In this document: positions 28,553-40,854 of the stretch, piece by piece
Layout of the letters: every line of letters starts with the position of its first letter
Position numbering within the stretch: the first letter of the stretch is position 1
From: Deltaproteobacteria bacterium GWA2_45_12
GTDB lineage: Bacteria; UBA10199
DNA length: 64,000 bases
Direction: 5' to 3'
NCBI GenBank assembly: GCA_001797365.1
Contig: MGPH01000011.1
Coordinates: 20,402 to 84,401, forward strand
The notes under the pieces: generated by a model
Told to the model about the DNA's origin: nothing
Databases searched by the model: none
Seen by the model: the letters and a program-made list of their open reading frames with translations, nothing else
Program-made: the position numbers and the translations under genes

Positions 28553-30088
28553 TCAAACCCCTCTCCCATCTTTTTTTGTCTGATAATATTCCAGCCGATT
28601 TACAGCCACCAGAAAGGCCATGGCTGAGGCCACGATGATATCGGTGTGGGCCCCACTGCCCCTGACTGTTTTATCTCCTTCTGAAAGAGTCACCACCACT
28701 TCCCCTTGGGCATCGGTTTCACCGGTAATGGCCGTGACCACATATTTTTCCAAATTACCCTTAAACCCTGTAAGCGTGCGAATGGCCTTAAAAACGGAAT
28801 CCACAGGTCCACTGCCGCTTTCAACAACTTCCTTGGGCTTGCCATCAACAAACAAACTGACTTTGGCCTCGGGTTTTTCTTTGTTGCCGCTTTTGACCGA
28901 AAGAGAATCAAGAACATACTTCTGGTCTTTGAGTTCCACCTGGCCTTCAACCAGGGCAAAAATATCTTCGTCATAAACATTCTTTTTTCTGTCAGACAAA
29001 TCTTTAAACGCCTTGAAAGCAGCTTCAAGAGCGGCTCCCTCAAGGGGAATGCCCAAAGCTACCAACCGGTCGCGAAAGGCATGCCTTCCCGAATGTTTCC
29101 CCAACACAAGCTTGTTGCGCGGAATACCCACCGATTCAGGCCGCATGATTTCATAAGTCTGCTGAAATTTAAGAACGCCATCCTGATGGATACCCGATTC
29201 ATGAGCAAAGGCATTATCCCCCACAATGGCTTTATTGGGCTGCACACTAATGCCCGTAATAAACGACAACAATTTGGAAGAGGGATAAATCTGCTCCGTC
29301 TTGATGTTCGTCTTAAAGGGGAGGCTGTCCTGACGCACGTTCAAGGTCATCACAATTTCTTCCATGGAAGCATTACCGGCCCGTTCCCCAATCCCATTGA
29401 CGGTGCATTCCACCTGTCGGGCCCCGGCCTGAATGGCGGCCAGTGAATTAGCAACGGCCAAGCCAAGGTCATTATGGCAATGCACACTGATGCACACACC
29501 CTTGGGCATTTTAAGAACCGACTTCAAATAAGAAATAAGATCATAAAATTCGGAAGGAATGGTGTATCCCACCGTATCCGGCACATTTAAGGTTAACGCA
29601 CCATGGTCAATGGCCACCTGAAACATTTGGGCTAAATAAGCACGGTCGCTGCGGGTAGCGTCCATGGCTGAAAACTCGACATCGTTACAAAGTTTCTTGG
29701 CCAATTTGACGGCCATTTCCACATCATGCAACACTTCTTCCCGTGTTTTCTTCAGCTGATATTGCAAATGGATGTCCGAACTGGAAATGAAGGTGTGTAT
29801 TCTCTTTTTTTCAGCAGGCTCTAAAGCTTGGGCACAACGCTCGATATCCATTTTGTTGGCTCGTGCCAACCCGGCAATCATGGGGCCTTTTACTTCCAGG
29901 GCAATCCGGTTCACCGATTCAAAGTCCCCTTGGGAAACAATGGGGAAACCACCTTCAATAATGTCAATATTCAATTTGGCCAGCTGATGGGCCATGCGCA
30001 GCTTTTCATCGCCGTTCATGCTGCAGCCAGGTGACTGCTCGCCATCACGCAATGTCGTATCAAAAATTTTGACTATTTCTGGTTTCAT
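28553..30088 (-). CDS. leuA: 2-isopropylmalate synthase
   Basis: IFDTTLRDGEQSPG N-terminal HMGL-like motif. 511 aa with a LeuA dimerisation C-terminus. Confidence 0.85.
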   Translation of the reverse strand: MKPEIVKIFDTTLRDGEQSPGCSMNGDEKLRMAHQLAKLNIDIIEGGFPIVSQGDFESVNRIALEVKGPMIAGLARANKMDIERCAQALEPAEKKRIHTFISSSDIHLQYQLKKTREEVLHDVEMAVKLAKKLCNDVEFSAMDATRSDRAYLAQMFQVAIDHGALTLNVPDTVGYTIPSEFYDLISYLKSVLKMPKGVCISVHCHNDLGLAVANSLAAIQAGARQVECTVNGIGERAGNASMEEIVMTLNVRQDSLPFKTNIKTEQIYPSSKLLSFITGISVQPNKAIVGDNAFAHESGIHQDGVLKFQQTYEIMRPESVGIPRNKLVLGKHSGRHAFRDRLVALGIPLEGAALEAAFKAFKDLSDRKKNVYDEDIFALVEGQVELKDQKYVLDSLSVKSGNKEKPEAKVSLFVDGKPKEVVESGSGPVDSVFKAIRTLTGFKGNLEKYVVTAITGETDAQGEVVVTLSEGDKTVRGSGAHTDIIVASAMAFLVAVNRLEYYQTKKDGRGV

Positions 30089-30115
30089 AAATTACGGGCG
30101 CGGCAAGCGGCGCCC

Positions 30116-30943
30116 CTACTCTTTATCCACCACCTTCAATAACTGCCCCTTGTTTTTTTCCTTGTCTGCAATGACCAATTCATGGGGATCCGCCTGAAAA
30201 AAATGTTTCATAAAATCGGCAAATGAACGGATTTTTTTAACCCCTAAAAACATTCCTTTAAGGAGACCAAAAGAAACATAGAGCATCGAAAGTGTAAACA
30301 AGGTGACCTGGGGTTCAACGGCAATGACAAACAAAACCAATACCACCAACACCATCACAAAAAAATGCGCCCGCCTGTTAAATTCCAAAACTTTCAACCC
30401 CCGATAGGGGATATTGCTGACCATAAGCAACCCCACAAGGACTGTCAGCCCCAAAATAAAATAACCAGGAGGGGGCACGTCCCCATTCATGTACTGGTTA
30501 AACACAACGGCTGTCACAATGGTACTGGCCGCTCCCGGGCTTGGCAGCCCCTGGAAATGTTTTTTTTCAACACTGGTTGACTGCACATTAAACCGGGCCA
30601 GACGAAGGGCCCCACAAGCAAAATAGACAAAACAGGCCACCCAACCCACCTTATAAAATTCGTACAAGGACCATTTGTAAGCAAGTAAAGCCGGAGCCAG
30701 GGCAAACGAGGTCAAATCAACCAGGGAATCATATTCCAAACCAAAACCACTCTGGGTTTTGGTCATGCGGGCCACACGACCATCAAGCAAATCAAACACA
30801 CCCGCCAGCATAAGCACCCAGGCTGCTGTGACATAGTCACCATTGATGGTGCGAATAATGGCAAAAAAACCGCAAAACATGTTCGCGGTGGTAATAATGT
30901 TGGGCAATAAATAAATACCCTTTTTGATGCCTTGTCGTTGCAT
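30116..30943 (-). CDS. pssA: CDP-diacylglycerol--serine O-phosphatidyltransferase (CDP-alcohol phosphatidyltransferase family)
   Basis: LPNIITTANMFCGFFAI and D.LDG..AR motif. Adjacent to psd. Confidence 0.8.
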   Translation of the reverse strand: MQRQGIKKGIYLLPNIITTANMFCGFFAIIRTINGDYVTAAWVLMLAGVFDLLDGRVARMTKTQSGFGLEYDSLVDLTSFALAPALLAYKWSLYEFYKVGWVACFVYFACGALRLARFNVQSTSVEKKHFQGLPSPGAASTIVTAVVFNQYMNGDVPPPGYFILGLTVLVGLLMVSNIPYRGLKVLEFNRRAHFFVMVLVVLVLFVIAVEPQVTLFTLSMLYVSFGLLKGMFLGVKKIRSFADFMKHFFQADPHELVIADKEKNKGQLLKVVDKE

Positions 30944-31080
30944 AATTTTTTATCCCCTACGCTCGTTGGCTTCGGGGACGCGCCTTGCCGGGTCAAAACC
31001 CTCCGCCTTAGGCGGAGAATCTTCCAGGGCTTGCCCTGGGGTTCATACCGTTGATGGGCGCGGCAAGCGGCGCCCCTACA

Positions 31081-31725
31081 CTATTTTGATGCCAAAACCG
31101 TTTCCCCTGCTTTCACATTCTGTCCGATCGAAACTTTAACTTCGTAATGCATGGGAAAATAAACATCCATGCGGGATCCAAAACGGATCAACCCATAAAT
31201 AGCCCCGCCCTTTAAAACATCCCCTTCCTTGGCATAACAAACAATACGCCGGGCCAGCCACCCTGCAATCTGGATAAACAAAATTCTTTCACCCCCCTCA
31301 TTTCTCACAACCACGGCATTTTGCTCATTATCAAGGGAGGCTTTTTGGGCGTAAGCCGGGAAAAATTTCCCCTTGTTGTAACTTACTTTTTCCACCAACC
31401 CGGAAACAGGGGCCCGATTAACATGTACATTTGCGGGCGACATAAAAATACACACTCGTTTAACCCTGTCTTTTAAAAACCGGTCTTCTTGTACGGTATC
31501 AATGGAAAGTACTTTACCATCAGCCGGAACAACAAGGATACCATGCTCTTCCGGGCAAGCCCTTTTCGGGTTTCTGAAAAAAGAAACAACAAAAAGAGTT
31601 AATGCCAAAAAAAGAACAAACAAAATCGGATGAATCAACCACCCGACAAGGACCAAGCCAAATCCCAAGGCAATAAAAGGAAAGCCTTCACGGGCAATTA
31701 TATCTTTGTTGGTGGTTTGAAGCAT
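31081..31725 (-). CDS. psd: phosphatidylserine decarboxylase proenzyme (short form)
   Basis: 214 aa ending with an FGSRMD self-cleavage-type motif. Upstream of pssA. Confidence 0.8.
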   Translation of the reverse strand: MLQTTNKDIIAREGFPFIALGFGLVLVGWLIHPILFVLFLALTLFVVSFFRNPKRACPEEHGILVVPADGKVLSIDTVQEDRFLKDRVKRVCIFMSPANVHVNRAPVSGLVEKVSYNKGKFFPAYAQKASLDNEQNAVVVRNEGGERILFIQIAGWLARRIVCYAKEGDVLKGGAIYGLIRFGSRMDVYFPMHYEVKVSIGQNVKAGETVLASK

Positions 31726-31808
31726 TTATTTATTAAAGCGGAATACAGGAGTCAGTATTCAGTAGCCAGTAGTCAGAATTAAAAAAATTTCTCCTGACTC
31801 CTGACTTC

Positions 31809-32297
31809 TCAAAACTCCTCTTCCTTCCCCCTTGGGATACAAATATTCCCCGTTTGTGCAAAATCGAGAATGCCGTAGGGTTTGAGCAGATTAAGGGTCG
31901 ATCCTATTTTTTCTTCATCGCCCCTCACTTCAACGACGCAGTAGGTTTCTTCTACATCCAAAACTTCGCCCCCAATCGTTTCAACGGCTTTAATGACTTC
32001 ATTGCGGTTTGTTTCATTCAGTTTTACTTTGACCAATGCCAAAATCCGGTTGATGGCCCGCTCTGAAGTCATGTCACGCACTTTAATCACATTGACCAGC
32101 TTGCTTAACTGCTTGTTAATCTGGTCAATGACGGCATCATTACCGGAAGTCACAATGGTCATACGCGAAACATGGGGGTCGAGTGTTTCAGCCACCGTTA
32201 AACTTTGAATATTATACCCGCGACCTGAAAAAAGACCGGCAATGCGGGTAAGAACGCCAAATTCGTTTTCAACTAAAGCAGAAATTGTATGTTTCAT
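31809..32297 (-). CDS. ilvH: acetolactate synthase small (regulatory, ACT-domain) subunit
   Basis: HTISALVENEFGVLTRIAGLFSGRGYNI ACT motif typical of IlvH/IlvN. No large subunit gene adjacent. Confidence 0.75.
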   Translation of the reverse strand: MKHTISALVENEFGVLTRIAGLFSGRGYNIQSLTVAETLDPHVSRMTIVTSGNDAVIDQINKQLSKLVNVIKVRDMTSERAINRILALVKVKLNETNRNEVIKAVETIGGEVLDVEETYCVVEVRGDEEKIGSTLNLLKPYGILDFAQTGNICIPRGKEEEF

Positions 32298-32437
32298 AAA
32301 AAGTTATGAGTTATGGGTTATGCGTTATGAGACCAACTATTAAGAAAAAAGTCATATCCCATCTTAAGGTCCGCAATCAAGGGTGTTTTAAGTTTTGTTG
32401 TAAGGGCGGTTCATGAACCGCCCTTACAAAATAAGTT

Positions 32438-33097
32438 CTAATTCTTATTTATCCCCAGATCAGGATCAAGGAGGTAGGAAATTTTAAGTTCATCAACAAC
32501 GCTTGGCTGAAAACGCCCTGTGAACGCCAATTCCCCCAAATGACGAGCTAAAGGAATAATATCCGCTCCCACGGGGACAGTTTTTGCCCCGGCCATCAAT
32601 TCCAGCCCCGGACCAAAAGCGCTAACTATTCGATAATAATTGATTTTTTCTGAAAATTTCTCGGCACTTAATACAAAGGGGCCTTCAAGAAGGTTCACCC
32701 CTTCCTGAGTGGCGTTGTAAAAAGCCGCATAAAGCTGCCCCCTGCCGGCAAGTAAAGTAGGAGCCAGGATACCTCCTTTTTCTCTTAAACCGTGGACCAT
32801 GCTTTCTAAAGAAGACAATCCAAAAACAGTAAAAGAGGCCCCTGCACTTAATCCCATGATGGTGGCCAAACCGATGCGCAAACTCGTAAAAGAACCGGGA
32901 CCTGTCGATAAGGCCACGTGCGTCAGCGAGCCCAGGGTAAGGTTGTTTCTGGAAAGAATCTGACTTATTTCAGGAAGAATTTTTTCAGCCAGAGTGATTG
33001 TGGAAGGAAGAACAATTTTTTCTTCCAGCAATACCTTGTTTTCAAACAGGGCCAAACTCAAAACCTTGGTGGAACATTCAACAGCCAAAAGAATCAT
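32438..33097 (-). CDS. tsaB: tRNA threonylcarbamoyladenosine biosynthesis protein TsaB
   Basis: Start at MILLAVECSTKVLSLAL (YeaZ-type N-terminus). About 220 aa. Confidence 0.7.
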   Translation of the reverse strand: MILLAVECSTKVLSLALFENKVLLEEKIVLPSTITLAEKILPEISQILSRNNLTLGSLTHVALSTGPGSFTSLRIGLATIMGLSAGASFTVFGLSSLESMVHGLREKGGILAPTLLAGRGQLYAAFYNATQEGVNLLEGPFVLSAEKFSEKINYYRIVSAFGPGLELMAGAKTVPVGADIIPLARHLGELAFTGRFQPSVVDELKISYLLDPDLGINKN

Positions 33098-33102
33098 AAA
33101 AA

Positions 33103-34494
33103 CTACCTCAAAACACCGCGCACCCATTCCCAAATTTGGGTCAACCCCCATACACGGTCAATATCATTGGCTGTAACCACAAGCATAAGCCCCACCAAAA
33201 AAACCATGCCCAAAATCGCCGCTGCATGGCGTATGCGGTAGGAAAGCGGTTTGCCTCGAAGTACTTCTATCCCCAAAAATAAAACATGCCCCCCATCCAC
33301 CACGGGAATGGGCAAAAGATTTAAAATACCCAGCTGCATGCTTAAGAAGGACAAAAAATACAGAAAATCGCTCAATCCCTGCCTCCCGGCAGCTGCGCTG
33401 GCTTGGGCTATTTGAATGGGCCCGCCCAAGGCTTTGTAAGACAATTGAAAACTAAAAAGCCTTTTTAAAACATCATAGGTCATCCCCAACAATTTTAAAT
33501 TTTCCTGAGTCCCCTCTTTAAAGGCTTCAAAAAAACCATACCGTTTTTTCACCACAGAAGAAGGATCAAAATATTTGGTGATGCCAATCACCCAGGCTTT
33601 CATACCTTCATGATATTGGGGTGTAATTTCGGCCTTTAAGGCTTGCCCCTCTCGCATGTAATCAACAAGCATTTTTTTACCTTCGCTTGAACGAATGATC
33701 GCCGTCAGTTCTTCCCAGGAATTAATGGGCTTGTTATCGATGGCCTGGATTTGATCTTTTTCCTTTAACCCCGCCTGAAAAGCCGGTCCATTGGCAGAGA
33801 CCATGCCCAAAACAGGTTCATTATTGACAAAAAAGAGGGGCTCAAAGCCGGCATAGCCCACTGTTTCCTTCATGTAAGGAGAAGTGGTTGTTTCAAGCAG
33901 TAAACTGAAATTTTGCCCCTGGCGCTCGACGAGAACCTGGGCTTTTTCCTGCGGATGTAACAACACCCATTGAAAAACCGAATCCCATTCAGAGAATTTT
34001 TTCCCATCAATTTCCAAAATAAGATCCCCTTTTTTAAATCCCGCTTTTTCACCCGGAGAATTTTCTTTAACCCCTAAAATAACGGGAGGTTTTTCAAGAA
34101 TAGCAGGAACTGTCTTCCCCAACATAAAAACAACGGGCATGATCAGCACGCAAAAAACAAGATTCATCACGGGCCCACCCAAAACAACTCCCAAACGCTG
34201 TAGCACCGTTTTTGAGGCATAAGCATCAGGCGATTTTCTGATGGCTTCAGCTTTTTTGGGATCTCCCTCGGATTCTTCATCGGGATCCTGGCCATGAATC
34301 CGGACAAAACCCCCAAAAGGCAAAAGCGAAAATAGGTATTCAGTTTGTTTGCTTTTGTAAGAAAAAAGCTTGGGCCCAAACCCGATTGAAAATTGATCCA
34401 CCCGGATACCCGCCCTGCGAGCCATGATAAAATGGCCCCATTCGTGGACCACCACCAAAATACCCAAGGCAACAATAAAATAAATAATTGTCAT
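33103..34494 (-). CDS. rseP: RIP zinc metalloprotease RseP (M50 with PDZ)
   Basis: HEWGHF HExxH near the N-terminus, PDZ region, and C-terminal LDGG motif. Conserved position after dxr. Confidence 0.8.
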   Translation of the reverse strand: MTIIYFIVALGILVVVHEWGHFIMARRAGIRVDQFSIGFGPKLFSYKSKQTEYLFSLLPFGGFVRIHGQDPDEESEGDPKKAEAIRKSPDAYASKTVLQRLGVVLGGPVMNLVFCVLIMPVVFMLGKTVPAILEKPPVILGVKENSPGEKAGFKKGDLILEIDGKKFSEWDSVFQWVLLHPQEKAQVLVERQGQNFSLLLETTTSPYMKETVGYAGFEPLFFVNNEPVLGMVSANGPAFQAGLKEKDQIQAIDNKPINSWEELTAIIRSSEGKKMLVDYMREGQALKAEITPQYHEGMKAWVIGITKYFDPSSVVKKRYGFFEAFKEGTQENLKLLGMTYDVLKRLFSFQLSYKALGGPIQIAQASAAAGRQGLSDFLYFLSFLSMQLGILNLLPIPVVDGGHVLFLGIEVLRGKPLSYRIRHAAAILGMVFLVGLMLVVTANDIDRVWGLTQIWEWVRGVLR

Positions 34495-35654
34495 AATTTT
34501 GTACCAAAAATCAAATTCTCACAATATTCCCTGGCCCAACGGTCTGCTTCCAAAAGGACTTCCAAAGAGGCCACTTCTTGGGGAATATGCGCATCAAGAA
34601 CCAAGCTTATCAGCCGTATCATCTCCAGAAAAGCTATTTTCTTTTTTAAAAAAGCCGCAACAACAATTTCGTTGGCTGCATTCAAAACTGCGGGATAGGT
34701 CTTTCCTTTCTTGGCCACCTCAAACGCAAGTTTAAGGGAAGGAAATTTTTCCATGTCAGGCTTTAAAAAAGTCAATTGCCCCAAGCTTGCCAAATCAAGG
34801 GGAGCCACCCCTGTTTGGAAGCGTTCCGGAAAACTTAAGGCATACGCAATGGGGACACGCATGTCCGGTAAACCCATGTGGGCCATGACCGAGCCGTCTT
34901 GGTAGGAAACCATTGAATGAATAATGCTTTGCGGATGCACACACACATCAATTTTATCCAGGGGCATATCAAACAACCATCGGGCTTCCATCACCTCTAG
35001 CCCCTTGTTCATCATGCTGGCCGAGTCAATCGTGATTTTGGCTCCCATACTCCAATTGGGATGTTTAAGCGCTTCCTCCACTGTAATTTTCGAAAAATCT
35101 TCACGGGGTTTATTTAAAAAAGGACCCCCCGACGCCGTTAAAACAAGTTTTTGGACATCTTCCTTTTTTCCTGCCTGCAAACATTGAAACAGGGCTGAAT
35201 GCTCACTATCAACCGGGAAAATAGTCCCACCGTATTTCTTTTTTTCACGGCTCATCAGTTCACCGGCAATGACCATGCTTTCTTTATTGGCTAAGGCCAC
35301 TGTCTTTGAAGCTTGGAGCGCCGCCAAGGTGGGCAAAAGCCCCGCAGCCCCGACAATAGCCGAAACCACGGTATGAACCTCGGGCAAAGTGGCAATGCTG
35401 ACCACCCCATCCGAACCAAATAAAATTTCCGGAGATTTTGGGCCCAAAATTTTCTTTAATTTGTAAACTTCAGCTTCTGATTTAACAGAAACAACACGAG
35501 GGGAAAAAGCGTTGATCTGTCGCGCCAACACTTCAATATTGGAACCTGCCGCCAATCCAACAACCTGAAATTTGTCAGGATGCCTGGCCACAAAATCGAG
35601 TGTAGAAACACCGACTGAACCCGTGGAACCCAAAATTGAAATTTTTTTAATCAT
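34491..35654 (-). CDS. dxr: 1-deoxy-D-xylulose 5-phosphate reductoisomerase
   Basis: Start at MIKKISILGSTGSVG. 388 aa. The listed 56-aa N-terminal extension is encoded by a 98-bp repeat. Confidence 0.85.
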   Translation of the reverse strand: MIKKISILGSTGSVGVSTLDFVARHPDKFQVVGLAAGSNIEVLARQINAFSPRVVSVKSEAEVYKLKKILGPKSPEILFGSDGVVSIATLPEVHTVVSAIVGAAGLLPTLAALQASKTVALANKESMVIAGELMSREKKKYGGTIFPVDSEHSALFQCLQAGKKEDVQKLVLTASGGPFLNKPREDFSKITVEEALKHPNWSMGAKITIDSASMMNKGLEVMEARWLFDMPLDKIDVCVHPQSIIHSMVSYQDGSVMAHMGLPDMRVPIAYALSFPERFQTGVAPLDLASLGQLTFLKPDMEKFPSLKLAFEVAKKGKTYPAVLNAANEIVVAAFLKKKIAFLEMIRLISLVLDAHIPQEVASLEVLLEADRWAREYCENLIFGTKL

Positions 35655-35778
35655 CAATGGTATGAACCCCAGGGCAAGCCCTGGACCCAAGATTCTCCGC
35701 CTAAGGCGGAGGGTTTTGACCCAGCAAGGCGCGTCCCCGAAGCCAACGAGCGTAGGGGATGAATTCTCTGGAGATTTT

Positions 35779-36576
35779 TCAACCAAAATATCTGGCAAAA
35801 TAATAGACAGCAGGAGCCGCAAACAAAAGGGCGTCCAAACGGTCGAGAATACCTCCGTGGCCGGGAATAAGATTGCCTGAATCTTTCACACCAAAACCTC
35901 TTTTTAAGAAGGACTCACTTAAATCTCCCACGGGTCCTATAATGCCCACAAGCAGCGCCACCAGCACAAGTAAAGAAAGTGGGTACCCTGGATAGAAAAA
36001 AGCTCTCACAATGAACGCCGCCACTATCGAAGCAACAAGCCCTCCCACAAAACCTTCCACTGTTTTTCCAGGAGAAAGAAGGGGTGCCAATTTGTGTCTT
36101 CCCCATTGATGCCCTGCTATATAAGCTCCGGTGTCACTGGCAAAGGTGCAAGCCAGCAGTAAAAAAATCCAGAAAAGATAATGAGGAAGCCCTAGAGCCC
36201 ACCCTACATGAGTAAAAAGGAGAACAATGTAGAAAAAGCCGATAAAATGATATCCCAAACCAACAACGCGTTTTTCAAAAGGATCCTTCCCACCAAACTG
36301 AAGAATAAAAAGAGAACCTAGCGATGCGGCCAAAACCCGAAGCACATCCTCGGCAGAATAAGCCAAGAAAACAAAGTAGCCGGTGGCAATAAAAACGATA
36401 CCGATAAGCACCCAATGTTTTAAAAATTTTCTTCGGGAACCTGCAATTAAAAGAAACTCATCCATGGCCACAGCCGCCACCAGCACCACAATGCCTTTGA
36501 TAAGAAAAGGGGAACCCCACAAAAGGAGGCAAACAAGAAAAAAAGCAAGGATGATTCCTGAAATCCAACGTAGCAT
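35779..36576 (-). CDS. cdsA: phosphatidate cytidylyltransferase
   Basis: Polytopic protein with C-terminal KR..G.KDSG.L.PGHGG..DR.D signature. The listed N-terminal 15 aa are REP-derived, so the start is placed at MLRWIS. Confidence 0.75.
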   Translation of the reverse strand: MLRWISGIILAFFLVCLLLWGSPFLIKGIVVLVAAVAMDEFLLIAGSRRKFLKHWVLIGIVFIATGYFVFLAYSAEDVLRVLAASLGSLFILQFGGKDPFEKRVVGLGYHFIGFFYIVLLFTHVGWALGLPHYLFWIFLLLACTFASDTGAYIAGHQWGRHKLAPLLSPGKTVEGFVGGLVASIVAAFIVRAFFYPGYPLSLLVLVALLVGIIGPVGDLSESFLKRGFGVKDSGNLIPGHGGILDRLDALLFAAPAVYYFARYFG

Positions 36577-36661
36577 TGATTCTCCCGTAGGGGCAGCTCG
36601 CTTGGCTAGCGCCCTTCTCATTGGATGTTTCCCATTTACAGGCGCTAGCCAAGCGGCGCCC

Positions 36662-37402
36662 CTACATTAATTGTTCACTGGTCTTCCCATACCGTCTCTC
36701 CCGTTTTTGATATTCTGCAATCGCAGCCATGAAATGATGCTGATCAAAATCGGGCCACAAGCATTCCTCAAAAATAAACTCGGCATAGGCTCCCTGCCAC
36801 AACAAGAAATTGCTGATACGGGACTCTCCACTGGTACGAATGATAAGATCGGGGTCGGGCATTAAGGCTGTGTCTAAAAAAGAAGCCAAAATCTCTTCAT
36901 TGACACTACTTGTCTCCAAACCGGCACTAAACATGGCACGCACAGCTCTTATGATTTCATCGCGTGAGCCATAACTTAAAGCCAGGGTGAGCATCATTTT
37001 TTCCCCGTGGGCTGTTTCCTTCTTCACCATGGCAATGGTCTCTTGCACATCCTGGGGCAGTTTTAAAATATCCCCAATGGTATTAAAGCGAATCCCCTTG
37101 TCGAGCATTTTCTGTTTTTTCTCAAGGAGGAAAGCTTTAAGCAACCCCATCAAAGCGTGGACCTCTTCAGGGGGACGCTGCCAATTTTCCTTGGAAAAAG
37201 CATAAAGGGTCAGATAACCAATGCCCACATCGTGGGCAACTTCAATAATATCCTCCGACACCTTCACCCCACGCGCATGCCCTTCAACCCGGTGCAAGCC
37301 CCGGGCCTTGGCCCAACGCCCATTGCCGTCCATGATGATGGCGATATGTTTAGGAAGATTGACTCGAGTCAATGGGGACATAAGATTGACGAAAGAATCC
37401 AA
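36662..37402 (-). CDS. uppS: undecaprenyl diphosphate synthase
   Basis: HIAIIMDGNGRWA motif. Alternative start at Met-8 (37381). Confidence 0.85.
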   Translation of the reverse strand: MDSFVNLMSPLTRVNLPKHIAIIMDGNGRWAKARGLHRVEGHARGVKVSEDIIEVAHDVGIGYLTLYAFSKENWQRPPEEVHALMGLLKAFLLEKKQKMLDKGIRFNTIGDILKLPQDVQETIAMVKKETAHGEKMMLTLALSYGSRDEIIRAVRAMFSAGLETSSVNEEILASFLDTALMPDPDLIIRTSGESRISNFLLWQGAYAEFIFEECLWPDFDQHHFMAAIAEYQKRERRYGKTSEQLM

Positions 37403-37493
37403 AAGTTATCCTGTTTTTGTAAGGGCAATTCATGAATTGCCCTTACTGGATATGGTGAATGCAAAAGGGACACCTTGACGACACGTCAAGCCA

Positions 37494-38051
37494 TTAAACT
37501 TGGAGGATTTCTTTTTCTTTGTTGGCTACCACAGCATCTATTTTAGCCACAAAATCATCTGTCAATTTTTGAATTTGAGTGGAAAGTTTTTTGGAATCAT
37601 CCTCCGTCATTTTTCCTTCTTTTTCGAGTTTTTTGGCAACATCTAAGGCCTCACGACGCGACTGGCGGATGGCCACACGGGATTCCTCCCCATGGCTCTT
37701 GAGCATTTTTACGAAATCACGGCGACGCTCTTCTGTAAGGGTAGGGATGGGCAAACGAATCGCCTTACCATCATTGACGGGGTTTAACCCTATATTGGCT
37801 TTTTCAATGGCTTTTTCAATGGCGGGAATAATGTTGGATTCCCAAGGAGTCACCATGATCATGCGTGGCTCCGGAACTCCCAAAGTGGCCACCTGGTTTA
37901 GAGGTAAATACTGGCCATAATACTCAACCCGAATATCATCCAACAAATTCAAGGAAGCCCGACCGGTACGCATTTTGGACACTTCCCGCTGAAAAGCTTC
38001 CAGTGCTTTTTCCATGTGACCTTGGGCATCTTTAAAAATCTTGTCGCTCAT
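37494..38051 (-). CDS. frr: ribosome recycling factor
   Basis: 185 aa with canonical Frr sequence (RTGRASLNLLD..V.YYG). Conserved pyrH-frr order. Confidence 0.9.
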   Translation of the reverse strand: MSDKIFKDAQGHMEKALEAFQREVSKMRTGRASLNLLDDIRVEYYGQYLPLNQVATLGVPEPRMIMVTPWESNIIPAIEKAIEKANIGLNPVNDGKAIRLPIPTLTEERRRDFVKMLKSHGEESRVAIRQSRREALDVAKKLEKEGKMTEDDSKKLSTQIQKLTDDFVAKIDAVVANKEKEILQV

Positions 38052-38059
38052 AAAAAATT

Positions 38060-39689
<1,630 letters not shown>

Positions 39690-39768
39690 GGTAATTTTGC
39701 CTTTGCGTAAGGGCAATTCATGAATTGCCCTTACTGAATTGCCCTTACATAAGGACATTCTCAATCCC

Positions 39769-40635
39769 TCACGAAGCATCCGCAGTGGGTTCTACAGTTG
39801 CTGAAAAACTATCAACCTGAGCTCCGCCCTCAAAAGAATCTTTTTTGGCGACATAGGCCTTGCCGGTTCCTTCAACCACCGTTGAACGGCGACGCTTGCC
39901 CTCCGGCTTTTTGGAATCGGTATCGTTACCGGCCTTCAAAGCCATGGCTTCACGTTTTTCCAGGCCACTCAAACACGCATCAGCTGCTTTGGTAATAAAC
40001 ACCTGAATACTGCGCTGAGCATCATCATTGGCGGGAATAACATGGTCAATGGGGTCGGGATTGCAATTGGTATCCGTGATGGCAATGACAGAAATCCCCA
40101 GAATATTGGCTTCATGAACGGGAATTTTTTCTACATGGGGGTCAACAACAAAAATGGCTCCGGGTAAACCGTTCATTTTTTTGATACCGCTTAAAACTTC
40201 CTGCAGTTTTGCTATTTCACGGTCAAAACCCAAACGTTCTTTTTTGGTGTATCCCGTGAAATCATTTTTTTCACGACGTGTTTCCAGTTCAATAAGACGT
40301 TCAACACTGTGACGAATGGTGGAAAAATTGGTCAACATGCCACCCAGCCAGCGTTTGGTCACAAAGGGCATTTTGGCACGAATGGCTTCCTGTTCAACAA
40401 TGCCCTGAGCTTGGGCTTTGGTTCCGACAAACAAGACATCCCGGCCTTCAGAAACAATTTTTTCAAGGGCATTGAATGCTTTTTGAGCCAGCCCTTGGGT
40501 TTGCTGCAAATCAATAATATGGATCCCCGAACGCACACCATAAATATAAGGTTTCATTTTGGGGTTCCAACGACGTGTTTGATGCCCAAAATGGCAACCG
40601 GCATCCAACATTTCTTCAATCAAGATATCAGACAT
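39769..40635 (-). CDS. rpsB: 30S ribosomal protein S2
   Basis: MLDAGCHFGHQTRRWNPKM canonical S2 N-terminus with an acidic/basic C-terminal extension. Confidence 0.9.
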   Translation of the reverse strand: MSDILIEEMLDAGCHFGHQTRRWNPKMKPYIYGVRSGIHIIDLQQTQGLAQKAFNALEKIVSEGRDVLFVGTKAQAQGIVEQEAIRAKMPFVTKRWLGGMLTNFSTIRHSVERLIELETRREKNDFTGYTKKERLGFDREIAKLQEVLSGIKKMNGLPGAIFVVDPHVEKIPVHEANILGISVIAITDTNCNPDPIDHVIPANDDAQRSIQVFITKAADACLSGLEKREAMALKAGNDTDSKKPEGKRRRSTVVEGTGKAYVAKKDSFEGGAQVDSFSATVEPTADAS

Positions 40636-40854
40636 GCTTTCTCCTTTTTAAATCTGAATAAAAAAATAAAAAGCCCCTTTTCCAGGGCCGCCTTTGTTAA
40701 AGGGCGGTTTTGATAACATAGCGGTTTATGGATGACAATACCTAAAATTTTTATTTATTTCGGCAGTTTATGGGTATACACGCCCTTTCTCAGACACGGA
40801 TCCCCCCATAAATTTATCTTGTTTTCAAAGACCTCTAAGAGATACAAATAAACG

